A stretch of DNA of 64,000 nt from Alphaproteobacteria bacterium (GCA_964291395.2 OZ219856.1:1504001-1568000); one strand, 5' to 3'; positions 49,976 to 59,637 are shown, numbered from the stretch's first letter. Numbers and translations: made by a program. Notes: generated by a model not told the origin, from the letters alone.

Positions 49976-50101
49976 GGCCGCCGGCGCTTCTAACCGGGGT
50001 TCGGCGAGACGCCTTTCCCCTTGTTGACGGGACGCGCCTTCTGGGCCGTCCGCTTGATGACGTCGAGGTTCCTCATGGCCCGGCGCGCCGCCCGTCCCCC
50101 G
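49975..50101. repeat. 127-bp direct repeat, copy 2
   Basis: Matches 48617-48743. Confidence 0.93.
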
Positions 50102-50394
50102 TTCTTCACGTTGCCGCGCACGTACAGCGCCCGGGAGGCTTCGATCTCGTCGAGCGCCGCGAGGATCTGCGGCGCGACGATGTTGATTCGGGTCCGGTCG
50201 GCGGCGTGCAGGTACTCGGCGTGCATCACGTCATGGTCGTCCGGTCGCAGGCCAAACTTGTGCAGAGCGACGTTGAACCAGTGCGTGCCGGCAAGCATGC
50301 ACCCCTCGATGACGGCCTCGTAGTCCCGCGCTGTGAAATGACGCATGGCGCGGGTGATCCTGTTCGCCTTGTCGCGGTGGAATTCGGGAGTCAT
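49990..50394 (-). CDS. Hypothetical protein (134 aa), paralogue of 50391-50942, HEPN-like helical pattern
   Basis: [12 protein letters not shown]...DYE...[11 protein letters not shown]...DVMH...[11 protein letters not shown]; ATGA overlap with the upstream gene. Confidence 0.8.
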   Translation of the reverse strand: MTPEFHRDKANRITRAMRHFTARDYEAVIEGCMLAGTHWFNVALHKFGLRPDDHDVMHAEYLHAADRTRINIVAPQILAALDEIEASRALYVRGNVKNGGRAARRAMRNLDVIKRTAQKARPVNKGKGVSPNPG

Positions 50395-50942
50395 CGGCGC
50401 TTCCTCCCCGCGGCGCCCCGGCTTGAAGCGGACCTCCGCGCAGTGCTCCGCGGCTTCGCCGCAGCCTTCTTCTCCCCGGCGCCGACTTCCTCGACGACTT
50501 CGCGGCACAAGGTCACGGCGGTCGTGTACGCGGCGTCGACGTCGCGGACGATCTTCTTGGTGATCTTCTTGCCGCCGCGCACGCAGGGGTCGCGCACGTC
50601 CTCGATCACCTGCATCGCCGCATAGGCTTTCTCGAGCTTGGGCGTCAGCGGCTTGGAGATCTCCGGCATGTGGATGTGGATGAGGTCGACATCCCACATG
50701 AACTTGGGTGTCCAGGACTCCGGTTGATCGTGCTTGCCGCCCTGCATGTACACGTCGACCGACTGGGTGCAGAAGTAGTCGCCGTCATCGGTCAGTTCCG
50801 CCGCGTGCAGCGCGGCGTTGATGGCGCTGGTGCCGCCGCTGAGCGACATCCAATACCACATCTCGAATTCCTTCTCCGGGTCGAGCTTGGCCCTGTAGCG
50901 CTCGAACCGTTTCACCTTCTCGAGGTGCGATGCGATGTCCAT
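50391..50942 (-). CDS. Hypothetical protein (183 aa), HEPN-like helical pattern with basic C-terminal tail
   Basis: MDIASHLEKVKR...EFE...GGTSAINAALH...DLIH...IEDVRDPCVRG; GGAGG RBS. Confidence 0.82.
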   Translation of the reverse strand: MDIASHLEKVKRFERYRAKLDPEKEFEMWYWMSLSGGTSAINAALHAAELTDDGDYFCTQSVDVYMQGGKHDQPESWTPKFMWDVDLIHIHMPEISKPLTPKLEKAYAAMQVIEDVRDPCVRGGKKITKKIVRDVDAAYTTAVTLCREVVEEVGAGEKKAAAKPRSTARRSASSRGAAGRKRR

Positions 50943-51165
50943 GGATCCTCCCTGATGTATTCGAGTCCCGCGACTCCTCCGCGGCCGTCAAAGCGGGACT
51001 CTAACGTGAATTCCCGGCGCTAGACCAGCCGTCGCCGAAGACCGGCTCAGGATGCCGACCGCGGCGGGAATTGCAGCGGCCTTCCGGCAGGGGCTGTCAG
51101 GACGTCCCGATCCGCCTATGCTCCGGACAATGCCGGGAAAGGGCGATGCCGGGAAGGGAAAGCCG

Positions 51166-52254
51166 ATGAAGGGACGCATGGCCTATATGGATGAGCCGGG
51201 AAAGATCTCCATTCGGGAATACGATCTCCCCTCGAAGATCGAGCCGGGGGCGGCCCTGCTGGAAGTGATACAGACCAACGTTTGCGGATCGGAAATCCAC
51301 CTGTTCAACGGCCACCATCCGATGATGCGGAAGGGTGGACTCGGCCACGAGATGATCGGGCGCATCGTCGAGCTGGGCGACGGCCTCGAAACCGACAGCG
51401 CCGGGCAGCCGATCCAGGTGGGAGACCGCGTCGTCCCCGTCTACACGATCAATTGCATGAAATGCCCCGCCTGCCTGAAGGGATACCCCAGCCACTGCGA
51501 GCATACATTCACGTACTTCATGCAGCAGGACACGGCGCCGCATTTCCATGGCGCGACCTTCGCGACCCACTACTACGTCCACCCGGGACAGTTCTTTTTC
51601 AGGGTGCCGGACACCGTGGCCGACGGCGAAGCCGCCGCCGCCAACTGCGCCTTGTCGCAGATGCTGGTGGCGGTCGATGCCGCCGACGTCAAGGCCGGCC
51701 AGAACGTCGTCATCCAGGGTGCGGGCGGTCTCGGCCTGAACGCATGCGCCGTCGCCAAGGAACGTGGCGCGACCGTGATCATCATCGATCGCGTGCCCCT
51801 GCGTCTGGAGCTTGCGCGCGAGTTCGGCGCGGACCACACGATCGACCTCAGCGAGCACAACTCCAGCGAGGCCCGCGCCGAGCACGTCCGTGACCTCACG
51901 AACGGCTGGGGCCCGGAGGTCATCATCGAGGTGACGGGCGTCTCCGAGGTCATCCCCGAAGGCCTGGACATGATCGGCGTCGGCGGCACCTACATCCTGG
52001 TCGGGTCGATCGGCTTCGGGCGCCCGTGCGACTTCGATCCGGCGGTCGCCGTGCGCAAGCTCGTCACCATGAAGGGGGTCATTCGCTACCATCCCAGGTA
52101 CCTGCGAGAGGCCCTGCGGTTCCTCGATCGGACCCGGGACCGCTATTCCTTCGGCAAGCTGCTCGACAGGAGGTTCACCCTCGATCAGGCGCAGGAAGCC
52201 ATCGAAAGCTCGGCGCGCCGGGAATTGGCGCGGGCGACAATCGTCCCGGGCTAG
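51166..52254 (+). CDS. Zinc-binding alcohol dehydrogenase (MDR)
   Basis: CGSE, GHE..G, CxxCxxC(x7)C, GAGGLG. Confidence 0.92.
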   Translation: MKGRMAYMDEPGKISIREYDLPSKIEPGAALLEVIQTNVCGSEIHLFNGHHPMMRKGGLGHEMIGRIVELGDGLETDSAGQPIQVGDRVVPVYTINCMKCPACLKGYPSHCEHTFTYFMQQDTAPHFHGATFATHYYVHPGQFFFRVPDTVADGEAAAANCALSQMLVAVDAADVKAGQNVVIQGAGGLGLNACAVAKERGATVIIIDRVPLRLELAREFGADHTIDLSEHNSSEARAEHVRDLTNGWGPEVIIEVTGVSEVIPEGLDMIGVGGTYILVGSIGFGRPCDFDPAVAVRKLVTMKGVIRYHPRYLREALRFLDRTRDRYSFGKLLDRRFTLDQAQEAIESSARRELARATIVPG

Positions 52255-52472
52255 CGTTCCCCGTCTCCGCCGCGCCGCTGCTGGCGACCCAGCCCAACTC
52301 CATGCCCATGGGGTTGGACAGATCACGCGCGTGCAGCAATCAGATCTGTTTCACGGCAAACCGGACAGATCATGTGCTAGCGACAAGCGCTCGAAAGCCG
52401 GTTGCGCGTGGAATCGTGGCGTCCTACGCTGGCCTCGGACGTCGTTGAAATCGTGACGACCGGAGGCAGTGC

Positions 52473-53402
52473 ATGGCGTTGAGGGTTGCGCCCGGCGATC
52501 TCTCCATCGAAGTATCGCCATTGTCGATTCACACGGGCGCCGAGATCGCGGGCGTCGATCTGACGCGGCCTCTCGCGCCTCGAGAGATCCGGGACATCCG
52601 CGACGCGCTGGTGACATGGAAGGTGGTCTTCTTCCGCGACCAGTTTCTCGATCACGACCAGCACGTCCGTTTCGCGCGGCAGTTCGGCGACGTGACGCCC
52701 GGTCACGCGGTGTACGGCAGTGTCGAGGGGCATCCCGAAGTCTACGAGGTCTCGAAGCATCGGAAAGCCAGGCGCTATTCGGGCGAACTGCTCACGCGCG
52801 CCTGGACGGGCTGGCACACCGACATCACCTGCGCCATCAACCCGCCCGCGGGCTCCATCCTCCGCGGCCACATCGTGCCGCCCTATGGCGGCGACACGCA
52901 GTGGACCAACCTCGCGGCGGCCTACTGCGGCCTATCGGAGACCATGCGCCGGTTCCTGGACGGCCTGCGCGGCGTCCACCGCATCACGGCACCTCCCGGA
53001 ACGGAGGCCTCGCCGTACCTGAAGGAAACGGTGCAAAGCAGCGGGATGGTCAGCGAACATCCCCTGGTCCGCGTTCACCCGGAATCCGGAGAAAGGGTTC
53101 TGTTCGTCAGCCCATCGTTCCTCAAGTCGATCGTCGGCATGTCCCCGCGCGAGAGCGAGGTCCTGCTGCAGTTCCTGTGGGAACACGTCATCCGGGCGGA
53201 GTACACGGTCCGCTTCGCCTGGCAGCCCGGGAGCATCGCGTTCTGGGACAACCGCGCGACCTGTCACCTGGCACCGGCGGACATCCTGGATTCCGATTTC
53301 GACCGGCTGTTCTACCGGGTGACGCTGGCCGGTGACGTGCCGGTCGGCGTCGACGGACGTCCCTCGACCCCGGTCGAAGGGGACCCGATCGGGACCATTT
53401 GA
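52473..53402 (+). CDS. TauD/TfdA family 2OG-Fe(II) dioxygenase
   Basis: WHTD, GGDT.W, HPLVRVHPE, FWDNRATCH. Confidence 0.92.
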   Translation: MALRVAPGDLSIEVSPLSIHTGAEIAGVDLTRPLAPREIRDIRDALVTWKVVFFRDQFLDHDQHVRFARQFGDVTPGHAVYGSVEGHPEVYEVSKHRKARRYSGELLTRAWTGWHTDITCAINPPAGSILRGHIVPPYGGDTQWTNLAAAYCGLSETMRRFLDGLRGVHRITAPPGTEASPYLKETVQSSGMVSEHPLVRVHPESGERVLFVSPSFLKSIVGMSPRESEVLLQFLWEHVIRAEYTVRFAWQPGSIAFWDNRATCHLAPADILDSDFDRLFYRVTLAGDVPVGVDGRPSTPVEGDPIGTI

Positions 53403-53408
53403 GGGGCC

Positions 53409-54284
53409 TCAAGGACTCTCGCGGGTGTTGATCCAGATACCGGTGACGATCAGTCCGGCCCCGAGGACCAGCCAGACCTCGACGCCCTCGCCATAGAGCA
53501 GCCAGCCGATCACGCCGATCAACGGCAGCCGCAGGAAATCGACCGGAATCACGACGCCCGTTTCGGCGGCCATGAAGGCGCGCGCCAGACAGTAGTGGGC
53601 GGTGAGGCCGACGATCCCGACCACGACCACCCACGGCCAATCCTCCGCCGTGGGCACGACGAATCCCGGAAGCGCCGGGCCGAGACCGATCACGAACTGG
53701 ATCAGGAACATGTAGAAAAGAATGGCGAGCGGCGTTTCGGTCGCCGTCATGCGCTTGGTGACGACGAAGACGACGGCGTAGCAGAACGCCGCCGCCAGCA
53801 CGATGAGGGCCGCCGACTCGACCGGGATGACCCCTGGACGGAGGATCACCAGGATTCCGCCAAAGCCGAGGAGGACGGCGAGAGCCCGTCGGACGGTCAG
53901 ACGCTCTCCAAGGACCAGGGCGGCAAGCAGGACCGTCCAGATCGGCGCGCTGAACTCGAGCGCCGTTATCTGCACCAGCGGTATCAGGGGAAGCGCGTAG
54001 AACCAGCTGTATTGTCCAACGTAGTGAACGACGTTGCGGCCGAGGTGAAAGGCGGGAATCGAGGTTCGCAATTGACCGAAGCCCGTTTCTCCGAGTCCGC
54101 CGCGCGCCAGGAAGCCGACGATGACGAGCAGCGAAATGGCGCTGCGGTAGAGCATGATCTGAAAGGCGTTGAGCTCCCCCGACAGCTCGCGTCCGGCCAG
54201 GGCGAGCGACGTGAACGAACAGATCGCGCCGAGCATCCACAGGCCACCGACGAGCGGCGAGGATTGAGGCAGGCGTGACGTCAT
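53409..54284 (-). CDS. DMT/EamA family transporter
   Basis: Multiple TM helices; F..PIW...LA.L.LGE; DFLRLP...GWLLYGE. Confidence 0.9.
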   Translation of the reverse strand: MTSRLPQSSPLVGGLWMLGAICSFTSLALAGRELSGELNAFQIMLYRSAISLLVIVGFLARGGLGETGFGQLRTSIPAFHLGRNVVHYVGQYSWFYALPLIPLVQITALEFSAPIWTVLLAALVLGERLTVRRALAVLLGFGGILVILRPGVIPVESAALIVLAAAFCYAVVFVVTKRMTATETPLAILFYMFLIQFVIGLGPALPGFVVPTAEDWPWVVVVGIVGLTAHYCLARAFMAAETGVVIPVDFLRLPLIGVIGWLLYGEGVEVWLVLGAGLIVTGIWINTRESP

Positions 54285-54340
54285 GAAGGAACATCATTCA
54301 GACCCTCGGTACGCGCCGCAAGTAACGGGAGAGCTGCAAC

Positions 54341-54690
54341 TAGAGCACTTTTCGTTCAGACGGGGTCATATCCTGCAGCGGCGAAGTAGTTTTGGCATTC
54401 GGCCGGGGTGAAGTTGTCTGTGGCTTGGCCGGTGGCCTCCCAGAGTTCGTTGAGGGTGCGTGCGGCTCTGCGCTTGAGGTAGGCCTTGAGCTTGGAGAAG
54501 GCCATCTCGATCGGGTTGAAGTCGGGGCTGTATGGCGGCAGGAAGCGCAATTCGGCTCCGGCGCCCTGGATGGCGTCGCGCACGGCGGCGCTGCAGTGGC
54601 AGGCAAGGTTGTCCATCACCACGATGTCGCCGGGCTTGAGCGAGGGCACTAGCACCTATTCGACGTAGGCGAGGAAGGCGGCGCCATGCA
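54341..54690 (-). mobile_element. IS630 family transposase 3' remnant with terminal end
   Basis: [24 protein letters not shown]...[20 protein letters not shown]...ECQNYF..AGY; in-frame stop; ends at a CTAG. Confidence 0.9.
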
Positions 54691-54708
54691 TGGCAACCCG
54701 AACATGCC

Positions 54709-54786
54709 CATGTGAAGCTTGGTGGTCCAGCCGCGGCGGGACCTGCCGATCGACTGAGGACCGTTTTTTGCGCCGCCGCGCCAGTA
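54709..54786 (-). mobile_element. IS5 family (IS427-like) transposase scrap
   Basis: An A6 run followed by NGPQSIGRSRRGWTTKLHM. Confidence 0.7.
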
Positions 54787-54823
54787 CATATTCCAGCCGT
54801 CGTTGACACATGAGCCGCCGTCA

Positions 54824-54976
54824 CGCCCACACAGCAGCTTGGGATACCGACCGCCGGCCCCGGAAACGATCGTACGCCAAGCTGGCCGCCCGGCTCCGCT
54901 ACGCTCCGCCGGCCACCCAGCTTGGCCGAGAAACCATCAATGCACTTTAACTGGACCAGTCAGCGGGGGCCGATCA
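54824..54976 (+). mobile_element. IS3 family 3' end scrap
   Basis: RPHSSLGYRPPAPE followed by an IS3-like terminal sequence CTGGACCA...GGGGGCCGATCA. Confidence 0.75.
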
Positions 54977-55007
54977 GCCTCACTGCGCAAGGCATATTTG
55001 AAAGCGA

Positions 55008-56399
55008 TTAAATCAGACCGGGCGGTGGCCCAATTGGCACAATCGATTGTTCAAAAGCCGCGCCGATTCGAAGGGCAGACGCCTCGTCGTTCCTTCGGGT
55101 GATGATCTGCAGTCCACCCGGCAAATGTTCGGGTGTCAGTCCCATCGGCAGGGACAAGGCGCAGGTAGCCAAATAACTCACAGGCCGCGTAAAGCGCCCA
55201 GCTATGGCAGACCGGTCGATATCCGGCAAGGGAATGGGAGCCGTCGCCATGGTGGGTGTAAGTACCGCAGCGAAGCCACGCATGCTTTCCTCAAACGCAG
55301 AGAAATGGATTTGCCGCTGCAGGCGGGTGGCGATGTAGTCGCGAGCCGAGATGTCTCGTCCCGCCAGGACCTTGCGGCGAATTTCTTCGTCGACACGGGC
55401 GTCCGGATTCTCCATCAGGGTACCGTGATGGGCATAGACTTCCGCAGTAAAAATTAGACCGTTTGCTTCGGCCATGGTTTGATAGGGAACAGGCGGCTCG
55501 TAAGGAATGATTTCCGCACCCAACGAACGCAGGCGCTCCAACGCGACGTCGTAAAGCCCTAGAATTGCCTCTTCCACGCCCTCGCGATCCTGTTTCCGCA
55601 GCGCACCGAGACGGAGACCACGAATACTTTCTCCCGTCACCTCTGCCGAAATGCCGTGGTCACCCAAATGGTGTTCCAGATCTCTGGCGCTTACTCCTGC
55701 CATGACATCGAACATGAAAGATGTGTCGGCCGTAGAACGGGTCATCGGCCCTGGCGTATCTTGCGTGTGCGAGCAGGGAATAATACCGTCGGTGGGCAGA
55801 AAGTTTTCGGTCACTTTGAGTCCCACGCCGCCACACCAGGCGGAAGGCATGCGCACCGAACCACCGGTGTCCGTTCCAACAGCACAGGGCACAAGACCGG
55901 CCGCGACAGCAACGCCCGAGCCACTCGAGGAACCGCCGGGTGTGCGATGAATTTGCAAATCCCATGGGTTCCACGGAGTCCCCATGTGCTGGTTGGTGCC
56001 CCAACCGCCCATTGCGATTTCGGTCGTTTTGGTCTTACCAATCAGGATACCGCCCGCGGCAAGCAACCGCTGTGCGATTGTCGCCGTGGCCGGTGAAAGG
56101 CGTTGAGCCATCTCCGCCGAGCCGCCGGTGGTGATACGGCCCTCAACATCAATTAGGTCTTTGAGGGCAAAGGGAATGCCGTGGAATGGACCGACCTGAT
56201 GACCGCTACGGATCGCCTTGTCGGCAGCTTCCGCCGCAAGGCGTGCATCATCGGCGTAGACAGCCTGGAATGCACCAAGTTTGCTGTCGAGGGTCTCAAT
56301 CCTGCTCAATATGGCGTCGATGACTTCGCTCGGCGCCACGGCGCCATGTCGGTAGTCCTGCGCCAGGCCAATTGCACTCTGAAATGGGTCGGTGGACAT
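55008..56399 (-). CDS. Amidase (amidase-signature family)
   Basis: GIPFALKDL, GKT, PGGSSSGSG, GTDTGGSVR. Confidence 0.93.
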   Translation of the reverse strand: MSTDPFQSAIGLAQDYRHGAVAPSEVIDAILSRIETLDSKLGAFQAVYADDARLAAEAADKAIRSGHQVGPFHGIPFALKDLIDVEGRITTGGSAEMAQRLSPATATIAQRLLAAGGILIGKTKTTEIAMGGWGTNQHMGTPWNPWDLQIHRTPGGSSSGSGVAVAAGLVPCAVGTDTGGSVRMPSAWCGGVGLKVTENFLPTDGIIPCSHTQDTPGPMTRSTADTSFMFDVMAGVSARDLEHHLGDHGISAEVTGESIRGLRLGALRKQDREGVEEAILGLYDVALERLRSLGAEIIPYEPPVPYQTMAEANGLIFTAEVYAHHGTLMENPDARVDEEIRRKVLAGRDISARDYIATRLQRQIHFSAFEESMRGFAAVLTPTMATAPIPLPDIDRSAIAGRFTRPVSYLATCALSLPMGLTPEHLPGGLQIITRRNDEASALRIGAAFEQSIVPIGPPPGLI

Positions 56400-56509
56400 C
56401 TATTCCCGCCTTCTTGTTGATCGTTTGCGGCACTTCGGCATTTTCGGACTAACTGGATCGGACCAATAGAACCAACAATCGGGGTCTCTCAGGCCTCACT
56501 CCGTAGCGG

Positions 56510-56719
56510 CTAAGGCTCAATTGCAGACCGATCGTACCGGCCAGCAATGGAGTGGAAGGGGAAGCGACCCAGAACCTTGTCGCCAGCGGAAAGCTCCAGC
56601 ATCCAGTTCCCCGATTCGCTTCGGCACGGTCCAACCTTTTCGACACCTTGGAGGTGGATGGGATGAACCGCGGCGTTCCCCTGCACAAACACGGTGATCG
56701 CCCTCGACTCCTCACTCAT
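56510..56719 (-). CDS. Small hypothetical protein (69 aa)
   Basis: AGGAG RBS; alternating hydrophobic pattern suggesting beta structure; no recognised motif. Confidence 0.45.
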   Translation of the reverse strand: MSEESRAITVFVQGNAAVHPIHLQGVEKVGPCRSESGNWMLELSAGDKVLGRFPFHSIAGRYDRSAIEP

Positions 56720-56987
56720 GTCCGTCTCCTATCTTCCGTTCGGGGCTCAAATCATGCCCCGCAGACGTACCCTCCGGGAACCGACCCCGGCTGAGAAGCG
56801 TTGAGAACCACGTTTCCCGTCTCGGTTCGGGCTGCGCCTCCAGGAGGATACAAGAACGGCAGCACCGCGACGGGCGTCCGGCCCCGCATGACCACACGGA
56901 GTTCGTGCACGTCACCGCCGATTGCAACTGAGGCCGATCGGGCCGCCGGGCGGGAGGCCGAGCGTCTCCCTCCCGTCCGGCGGTCAC

Positions 56988-57077
56988 TCAGATGTGGATG
57001 CGCTCGATCTCGTCGAGCGAGATCTCCTCGGGCAGTTTGTTGTAGAGCTGCGTCGTACGCGTCGAGGCGTGGCCCGC
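56988..57077 (-). pseudogene. C-terminal scrap of a XerD/ResD-like tyrosine recombinase
   Basis: AGHASTRTTQLYNKLPEEISLDEIERIHI*, containing the catalytic H...Y box. Confidence 0.8.
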
Positions 57078-57252
57078 AAGCGGGGATCAATTCCGTCAGC
57101 CCTTTCGCTTACCCTCCACGAGGTCCATTAAACACCTATAAATCAATCACTTGACACAGGTGAACAGACGCTTCATCCTACCAACGCTTTCGCTATGCAT
57201 CCACCCTATCCGCGCCTGGGCGGGGGGATAAATGGGGGGATAATCCTCTGGC

Positions 57253-58479
57253 ATGAAAGGTGAGAACGAGAAGCAAAAGCGACAATACAAGCGTCCGTTG
57301 ACAGCCAAGTTCGTCCAGTCTGTACGGGCCGCAGGCAAGTACTACGACGGTCCTGGTAGAGGATTGTATCTGCGCGTCACGCCGACAGGCTACAAGTATT
57401 GGGAGACACGCCTCACCGTCAACGGCAGGCGGCGCACCCGTGGACTGGGACCTTATCCTGCGCTCTCGCTGAAGGAGGCTCGTGAGCAAGCGCAGGAGCT
57501 TCGAATCCAAGTACGTAAGGGTGAAGATCCATTCGTCGGCAAAGGCGCTCGGGAATTGACCTTTGCCGAGGCCGCGGCTTGCGCCATCGCGGACCGCCAA
57601 TCCCAATGGTCGAACCAGGACGAGATGAAGAGGAAGTGGCTTGGCGTATTCGAGCGCTATGTCTATCCAAAAATTGGGCACTGTCCCGTGTCAGCCATTA
57701 CACCGCATGACGTGGTAGATGTTCTTCGTGGCGTTGAAAAATCTTTTCGCCGGAGCTTGCCTGTCGTGCATCAGCGTATGGGTGTCGTGTTCAAGTGGAG
57801 CAGGACCAACGGTCACTACACCGACAATCCGGTCGCCTCCATTGTTCTCAAGGATGTGTTCGGCGCAGCCCCTTCCTCGCGTCATCATCGCGCCTTGCCT
57901 CATGCGCAAGTGGCCGGTGCAATGGCGCTCGTGCGCGAATCCGAGGCGTGGTTCGGCATCCGACTGCTGTTCCTCTTTGTCGTCCTGACCGCTGTGCGTA
58001 CGAACGAGGCACGCGGGACTTTGTGGTCGGAGATCGATTTCGAGGCTGCGCGGTGGACGATACCGGCCGCTCGCATGAAATCGCGCGAGGAACATAGTGT
58101 GCCCCTGTCGACGGCGGCTCTCTCCGTGCTGAGTGAGGCTCGCGACTCCGAGCCCCTTTGCGCCGCTCGTGAGCATAGCGGCCTTCCCGAGGTTGTATTC
58201 CCGTCCCCACAGGGCCAGGTGCTCTACCACAACGCGCTCTCTAAACGCGCGAAATTGCTGCGAATTGCCGCAGTGCCGCATGGCTTTCGTTCATCATTTC
58301 GGGACTGGTGCGGCGAGACGGGTGTGGAGTTCGTCGTTGCCGAGAAATGCCTCGCCCACGAGGTAGGCAACGACGTCGTAACCGCGTACTCGCGTTCTGA
58401 CCTCTACACCCGCCGTGTTCCGGTCATGGAAGACTGGGGTCGGTATGTAATTCCGGGTTCTGGCGGCGCGGCCCGCTGA
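57253..58479 (+). CDS. P4-type tyrosine integrase with arm-DNA-binding domain
   Basis: GKYYDG..GLYL, GLGPYP.LSL, catalytic VRTNE, HGFRSSFRDW, LAH and AYSR all present; G-rich GGGGGATAA repeats upstream. Confidence 0.93.
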   Translation: MKGENEKQKRQYKRPLTAKFVQSVRAAGKYYDGPGRGLYLRVTPTGYKYWETRLTVNGRRRTRGLGPYPALSLKEAREQAQELRIQVRKGEDPFVGKGARELTFAEAAACAIADRQSQWSNQDEMKRKWLGVFERYVYPKIGHCPVSAITPHDVVDVLRGVEKSFRRSLPVVHQRMGVVFKWSRTNGHYTDNPVASIVLKDVFGAAPSSRHHRALPHAQVAGAMALVRESEAWFGIRLLFLFVVLTAVRTNEARGTLWSEIDFEAARWTIPAARMKSREEHSVPLSTAALSVLSEARDSEPLCAAREHSGLPEVVFPSPQGQVLYHNALSKRAKLLRIAAVPHGFRSSFRDWCGETGVEFVVAEKCLAHEVGNDVVTAYSRSDLYTRRVPVMEDWGRYVIPGSGGAAR

Positions 58480-58641
58480 GGTCGGCCGATTTTGGTCGGC
58501 ACCGCACTTCCATCGTTTTCGCAACACGATTTGGGAGGAGGTTGAAGCGAAATATCATGATGCCGTGCGAGCCAACCTTCGAAACTGACCGGACCCCCGC
58601 TGAGCCGGCGCTGGGACATCGACGCCCACTCAGGCGCTTGG

Positions 58642-58866
58642 TCAAAGCCTGCAGCGTCGTTGTTTACCCTCTGGTCGACGTCCCCGTCCGCTGCCGTCAG
58701 GTGCAGCGGCGTCAGGCCGGTATCGCTTTACCGACAGACCGAGGGCGTCGACGATCTCGCTTTTGACGAACGCGGCGGGATGGACGGGGTTCTTAATGTG
58801 GATGCCTTGCGCGTGCGAAACCGCTTCGACGAGGGACCGGTTCGGGTCCATGCCGAACGCGCTCAT
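58642..58866 (-). pseudogene. Chimeric HigA-type antitoxin relic
   Basis: MSAFG...SLVEAVSHAQG (HigA-2-like N-terminus) + IHIKNPVHP..FVKSEIVDALGLSV (VapI/HigA N-terminus) + KRYRP (possible HigA C-terminus); HTH absent; GAGGAGG RBS. Confidence 0.7.
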
Positions 58867-58936
58867 TTCCTCCTCCTTTCCCCGTTCCGGGCACTGCCAC
58901 CGGCGAGCACGGAACGCCCCTTGACTCCCGCACCGA

Positions 58937-59077
58937 CTAAACCATAAACGCCCCAACGATCAGGGTCAGGGACAAGACCAGGTTCAAGCCCAGCATCCAC
59001 TTCAAGAGCGTGAGATCGTTCTCGATCTTCGCCAGTCGATTGTCGTACCCCGCGATTTCTTCCGTCGCCAATTCCAT
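58937..59077 (-). CDS. Short coiled-coil + TM protein (DUF1640/CCDC90-like), probably 5'-truncated
   Basis: EEIAGYDNRLAKIENDLTLLKWMLGLNLVL. Confidence 0.55.
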   Translation of the reverse strand: MELATEEIAGYDNRLAKIENDLTLLKWMLGLNLVLSLTLIVGAFMV

Positions 59078-59172
59078 GGCGCCTCGCCTATTCGGAACAG
59101 TCCGTCCGCATCCGCACCCGGACTTCCCCGGCGAGAGCCGAAGACATCGCCTCCCCATCCCCGATCATCCGC

Positions 59173-59373
59173 TCAACGGCCGCTGCCGCGGTCGCACCAG
59201 GAACGCCGGTCCGCCAACAAGGCCTCGGCACGGGCGATGTCGTCCCGTGCCTTGGCGATGAACTCGGCGTCGCCGCCGGCCTCCTCCAGACAGGCCTCCA
59301 GATACGCGGCCATTTCCTCCGGCGTGCGGAGGTGCCCGGCGACGTCGTACGGCGAGGTGACGGTTCTTGCCAT
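59173..59373 (-). pseudogene. Addiction-module antidote (HI1420 type), truncated before the HTH
   Basis: TSPYDVAGHLRTPEEMAAYLEACLEEAGGDAEFIAKA..DIARA, then similarity is lost. Confidence 0.82.
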
Positions 59374-59397
59374 GATCACACCGGCATTGCACCCGTC

Positions 59398-59637
59398 TCA
59401 CCGCTCCTCGTCCCGGTCCTCGCGCAGCATCTCGGCGGAATGGCGTCGCAACCGGGGCATGTCGGTGCGGAACTCCGCCAGCTCCTCGAGCGGCAACGGG
59501 GTCTTTGGCCGGGCGGCCGGAGACATGCGCGCAATGGGCCGGCCATGGCGGGTGATCGACACTTCCTCTCCGCCCTCCACCCTGTCGAGCAGTTCGCTCA
59601 AGCGCCCCTTCGCGTGGGCAACATCGACCGTCAACAT
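59398..59637 (-). CDS. Phd/YefM family antitoxin (orphan)
   Basis: VAHAKGRLSELLDRVEGGEEVSITRHGRPIARM...REDRDE. Confidence 0.9.
   Translation of the reverse strand: MLTVDVAHAKGRLSELLDRVEGGEEVSITRHGRPIARMSPAARPKTPLPLEELAEFRTDMPRLRRHSAEMLREDRDEER

Noticed and set aside
48617-50101. DGR template/variable repeat pair
   Set aside because: There are only three mismatches, all synonymous, too few to show adenine-directed mutagenesis, and no DGR-type RT or Avd is nearby.
57196-57216. attR copy of the tRNA-Ser 3' end (ATCCACCCTATCCGC) upstream of the integrase
   Set aside because: It needs a gap and a mismatch in about 16 bp, and core genes (mfd, recG) lie between it and the tRNA.
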